Origin: an uncultured virus (IMG/VR IMGVR_UViG_3300031994_000078)
Lineage: Duplodnaviria > Heunggongvirae > Uroviricota > Caudoviricetes
DNA length: 20,000 nucleotides
IMG/VR virus record: IMGVR_UViG_3300031994_000078
Span: 53,055-73,054 of that record
Strand: one strand, 5' to 3'
In this document: one piece after another, positions 16,290 through 20,000 of the stretch
Position numbering within the stretch: position 1 is the first letter of the stretch
How the letters are laid out: each line of letters begins with the position of its first letter
Position numbers and translations under genes: made by a program
Notes under the pieces: generated by a model
The model's input: the letters and a program-made list of their open reading frames with translations, nothing else
The model's database searches: none
Told to the model about the DNA's origin: nothing

Positions 16290-16336
16290 CCTTTTATTTT
16301 TAATAGTATTTATATTATTTAAAAGAGGTGTTTTTT

Positions 16337-16639
16337 ATGGCAAATATTGCATATGTACCAGTAACAAAAGACTGGACACTAGTAACAGACTTAATAGGCA
16401 ATGGGTTTTCTTTTGATTCAAGTACTTTATACGTTATTGAGGCAAGAGGTTTAGGTGATGTATTACTTTTAGATTCAGATACAGAACCTGCCACAGATAG
16501 TTACAGTGGCATAAAGTTAGATGGTGCTGGTTATAAAATTGCAAAATATACTCCGACAGATAGCACAAATTTATATATTAGATTGAACCGTAATTCATTA
16601 GAATCAGGAATTAATATTAGTACAGAAGAAGGAGAATAA
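16337..16639 (+). CDS. Small beta-rich hypothetical protein, probably virion-associated
   Basis: ATG at 16337 behind a GAGGTG RBS; first gene of the plus-strand unit. Confidence 0.65.
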   Translation: MANIAYVPVTKDWTLVTDLIGNGFSFDSSTLYVIEARGLGDVLLLDSDTEPATDSYSGIKLDGAGYKIAKYTPTDSTNLYIRLNRNSLESGINISTEEGE

Positions 16640-16640
16640 T

Positions 16641-18977
16641 ATGAGTATAAAAATAGTATCACCTAATATAGTTTATTTGGGTTCTGCAAAAGCTCCTAGT
16701 GGTTCTGGTGGTAGTGGTAAAGTAGAAACATTAAACTATTTTCAAGAAACAGAACCTACAAACCCACAAGATGGGCAAACATGGTTTAATACAGCAGATA
16801 GTAAAATATACACTTATAAAGATGGACAATGGGATGAAGGTAAAACACCTACCATTGGAACATTTTATTTATATGATAATAAATATTATACTTATAATGG
16901 AACGACACTTGTAGAAAGTGATTTAAACATATACCAATTAAAAAGTAATATAAGCCAAGATTATACTGAAACAAGCCAAGAAAAATATCCATCAAGTAAA
17001 GCATTAAGTGATGCACAAAAAACCAATGTAAAATCCGTTAATTTTAAAACACCTGACAATGATGGTAATGTATTAATAACGCAAGTAGCTACGGCAGAAA
17101 ATTTAGTTTCACCGGACAATATTAATGATACTGCATATATATTATTTAGAACAGCAGGTGGAACAAAAAGTATAAGTGATGGACCTGCAACATTAATGAA
17201 GATAGCAGGTAATGTAATAAACCCAAGAAGAAGTTTAAATAACATAGATACTACACATAACGAAACTACAAGAATAAATGCAAGTATAGATGCAACAATA
17301 TTTGGTACAGCAGTAAATAATGTAAGTGGTGATTATACATTTACATTTGATGGAACAGATTGGAGTTATGATAGTAATGTAGTTAATTTAGAAGATTATG
17401 GTATTACATTAAGTGCTACTGCATTAAATGGAGATAGTTTTGTAGTAAGTTACACTTATGATAATACAGGCGAAGAAGTTTCAGAATCTGCAACAGCCAC
17501 ATACAATGCAGTAGATAGATTAACAATAGCAGTAAATGAAACAATATTTGCACAAAAAGTAAATAATGAAATAGGTACATATTCATTTTTATATCAAGGT
17601 GCTGTATGGATGAATAATGAAGCTATAGTAAATATAAGTGAATATGGTATAACTATTACAGGAACACCACAAACAGGTGATACAATTACAATAACATATA
17701 ATGGTGATATGCAAGTTGCAACACCTACAAGTTTTCAAGCAAGTGGCTTTAACCAATTTAATCCTGCCAATGTATTAAGTGGATATACAATAAATGAAAA
17801 TGGTGAAATTGTAGCAAGTGCAGGTAGTTATGTTGCATATATACATGCAGTTGGTGGACTTGAAAACAATTACGGTAACAGGCATGGTGATTATACAATA
17901 TACGATAACAACACAACAGGAACATTGGTAAGGGTTGGGTATAGTGCAACAATACCTACAACATCAAGCACTATTACATTAAGTGGCAATGATGGAATAG
18001 AAGTAGTAAATGATACATCAATATTACCTGCTAATAAATTGCAATGGATAACATTCCCAAAAGATGGATATATATGTGTAGCATTAACAGACATAACAAA
18101 GTTATGTGTACATCCTACTTGGAGTAATTATAAAGACCAAGATTATACAGAATATGTTGCACCAAGTGTAATCAATATACCTACAACAGGTTATGATATT
18201 TCAGATCCTACACAAACACAAGTATCATTAAATTGTGCAAACTATTTTGGTAAAGTAGGTAATGTATTTGATGAAATATTCTTAGAAGATAATAGATATG
18301 TAAACAGAATAGGAAGATATGCATATAGTCAAGCGAACTTAGATACAGTTATAGAATTAGGTGTAGATTATATTTATGATAGTAATTACATTTATTATGT
18401 ATTACCTACACCGATAACTTATGTTGTAGATATACCAAACAATGGAAAATATACAGTAAACGATTTCGGCACAGAAGAGTTTGTAGGTACAACAGTGGCA
18501 GTACTTGCAAATACATTGTATGGTAATAACTTAGTAGATAAATTAAGAACAGACGTATTAACAAAATCTGCACAAAGTTTAAGCCAAGAACAGAAAGAGC
18601 AAGTATGGCAAAATTTAGGTTTACAACCGATATACAACCATGTAAATACATTAGAAGCAAATGGTACAGTAACGATAAATTTAGTTCCTACAAAACAAGT
18701 ATACGAACTTACACCAACATCAAATACTACATTAGTATTTAATACAGACAATTTAGTTGAGTTTAATGCACAAGACAGTGATGTAGAAATAGAATTTACA
18801 TTATATATAAAAATGGTAGATGCACAACAAGCATGGGAAATAACATTTCCTGACACTGTAGTATGGGGTAACACTTCACCAACAATGACAGCAATGGCAA
18901 ATTATAAATTTAGTTTCTGTAAACCTAAAGGTAGTAATGTATGGATAGGTAATCAAATGTACAGTTGGGTTGAATAA
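16641..18977 (+). CDS. Putative tail fibre / structural protein (778 aa) with internal duplication
   Basis: T/N/G-rich beta composition; tail-fibre-like segments (EPTNPQDGQTWFNT, YPSSKAL, VKSVN...PDNDGNV, QSLSQEQKEQVWQNLG, ITFPDTVVW); two repeats 82 aa apart. Confidence 0.7.
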   Translation: MSIKIVSPNIVYLGSAKAPSGSGGSGKVETLNYFQETEPTNPQDGQTWFNTADSKIYTYKDGQWDEGKTPTIGTFYLYDNKYYTYNGTTLVESDLNIYQLKSNISQDYTETSQEKYPSSKALSDAQKTNVKSVNFKTPDNDGNVLITQVATAENLVSPDNINDTAYILFRTAGGTKSISDGPATLMKIAGNVINPRRSLNNIDTTHNETTRINASIDATIFGTAVNNVSGDYTFTFDGTDWSYDSNVVNLEDYGITLSATALNGDSFVVSYTYDNTGEEVSESATATYNAVDRLTIAVNETIFAQKVNNEIGTYSFLYQGAVWMNNEAIVNISEYGITITGTPQTGDTITITYNGDMQVATPTSFQASGFNQFNPANVLSGYTINENGEIVASAGSYVAYIHAVGGLENNYGNRHGDYTIYDNNTTGTLVRVGYSATIPTTSSTITLSGNDGIEVVNDTSILPANKLQWITFPKDGYICVALTDITKLCVHPTWSNYKDQDYTEYVAPSVINIPTTGYDISDPTQTQVSLNCANYFGKVGNVFDEIFLEDNRYVNRIGRYAYSQANLDTVIELGVDYIYDSNYIYYVLPTPITYVVDIPNNGKYTVNDFGTEEFVGTTVAVLANTLYGNNLVDKLRTDVLTKSAQSLSQEQKEQVWQNLGLQPIYNHVNTLEANGTVTINLVPTKQVYELTPTSNTTLVFNTDNLVEFNAQDSDVEIEFTLYIKMVDAQQAWEITFPDTVVWGNTSPTMTAMANYKFSFCKPKGSNVWIGNQMYSWVE

Positions 18978-18997
18978 TTGATAGGAGTTTATATAAA

Positions 18998-20000
18998 ATG
19001 CTTACAGAACAAAATGGCATACAAGTAGATAAATTTTATCCGCCTACGGATTGGCAATATAGTTTTCCTGAAGGGTATACAAGGTTGGAGTACTTGGAAG
19101 GTACTGGGACACAATGGCTTAACACAGGAATAACAGCAAGTCAAGATTTACGAGTAAGAACAAAGATTTATAGTAAATCTAAAAATAATCAATCTGTTTT
19201 TTGTACAAGAAGTTCACAAGGAAGTAATAATTTTGCATTGTTATTAGTTAATGGCTATTTTAGACCTTGTTATAATACTACTTATTCTAATAGTGATCTG
19301 AAATATAATATTAATACTTTATATGATGTAGATTTTAATAAAAATAATTTTTATGTTGACGGTGAATTAGTTAAAACTTTTACTTATAATACTTTTTCAA
19401 ATGATGTTTCTATGAGAATTGCTAATAGTATTAATGCTGGTGAAATTTATTATATTGGTAGAATATATCCATATTTGATATATAATAATGATGTGTTAGT
19501 TGCTAATTTAATTCCTGTTAAAAGAAATTCAGATGGTGAACTAGGAATGTTAGATTTAATACAAGATGTATTTAGAACAAATCGCGGAACAGGAACATTT
19601 ATAGCAGGACCTGAGCTTTACTTAAATAATTCACAAATAGACATAAGGCAAAAGAATAACATAAACTTTGTAGAAAAATATAAGTTCAATGAAAACAATG
19701 AATTGATATGGGCTAATCCACAATTAAATTTAAGTGGACCTGTAAATTATAGTGTGGTAGGCAGTCCTACGATAACGGATAATGTAGTTAGTGAATTTAG
19801 CGACAGTAATTATATAGAATTACAACAACCATTTATTTTAAATGTCAATACTATTTCAGAAATTATAATAAAAATTAATTTTGATAATGAAAGTTCAGGC
19901 CAAGTTTTTTTAGGACATCCTAACACTTATGGAATACAAATGATTAGAAGTTCCGGTGATAGTAAAATTCATTTATATTTAGGAAATAATAATAGTTGGA
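18998..20000 (+). CDS. Putative receptor-binding/tail protein with ConA/LamG-like lectin modules (partial)
   Basis: Translated by hand from the ATG at 18998 (AGGAG RBS) and open to the window end: PEGYTRLEYLEGTGTQWLNTG...LVANLIPVKRNSDGELGMLDL...NRGTGTFIAGP, then a second module starting YSVVGSPTITDNVVSEFS. Confidence 0.7.
   Translation, partial: MLTEQNGIQVDKFYPPTDWQYSFPEGYTRLEYLEGTGTQWLNTGITASQDLRVRTKIYSKSKNNQSVFCTRSSQGSNNFALLLVNGYFRPCYNTTYSNSDLKYNINTLYDVDFNKNNFYVDGELVKTFTYNTFSNDVSMRIANSINAGEIYYIGRIYPYLIYNNDVLVANLIPVKRNSDGELGMLDLIQDVFRTNRGTGTFIAGPELYLNNSQIDIRQKNNINFVEKYKFNENNELIWANPQLNLSGPVNYSVVGSPTITDNVVSEFSDSNYIELQQPFILNVNTISEIIIKINFDNESSGQVFLGHPNTYGIQMIRSSGDSKIHLYLGNNNSW

Noticed and set aside
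16961..18874. Five minus-strand ORFs inside the 778-aa gene
   Set aside because: Antisense shadows caused by the codon bias of the sense gene.
19231..19239. 9-nt match (TTTTGCATT) to the predicted TnpB guide inside the tail gene
   Set aside because: Expected by chance in AT-rich DNA, and the 5' flank does not match the inferred TAM.
1..20000. Stop-codon reassignment as seen in some gut phages
   Set aside because: Genes are full length and densely packed in the standard code, and TAA, TAG and TGA all occur at sensible gene ends.

Overview
AT-rich fragment of a large tailed dsDNA phage (or prophage) genome, standard genetic code. Positions 1-15786 are a tightly packed minus-strand DNA replication/recombination operon. 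In transcription order it encodes a metallophosphoesterase, a RuvC-like resolvase, a repeat-containing endonuclease, a DUF1599/Nmad1-like protein, a DnaC-like loader, DnaB, a stand-alone primase Zn finger, an SSB-like protein, RecA, a Rad50/SbcC N-half, Mre11/SbcD, a coiled-coil ORF, a Rad50/SbcC C-half, and a family-A DNA polymerase with an N-terminal UDG-like domain (runs off the window). A solo tnpB sits antisense inside this operon. From 16337 the genes switch to the plus strand (tail/receptor-binding-like proteins). Most notable: (i) an ORF-free ~370-nt structured RNA candidate at the divergence point, with its own perfect sigma70 promoter and a 5'/3' closing stem; (ii) a tnpB that shares a 17/21-nt upstream motif with the structural operon and whose borders keep the interrupted operon intact; (iii) a Rad50/SbcC split at the zinc hook into non-adjacent genes. 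All family calls come from motif recognition by eye; no database searches were run.
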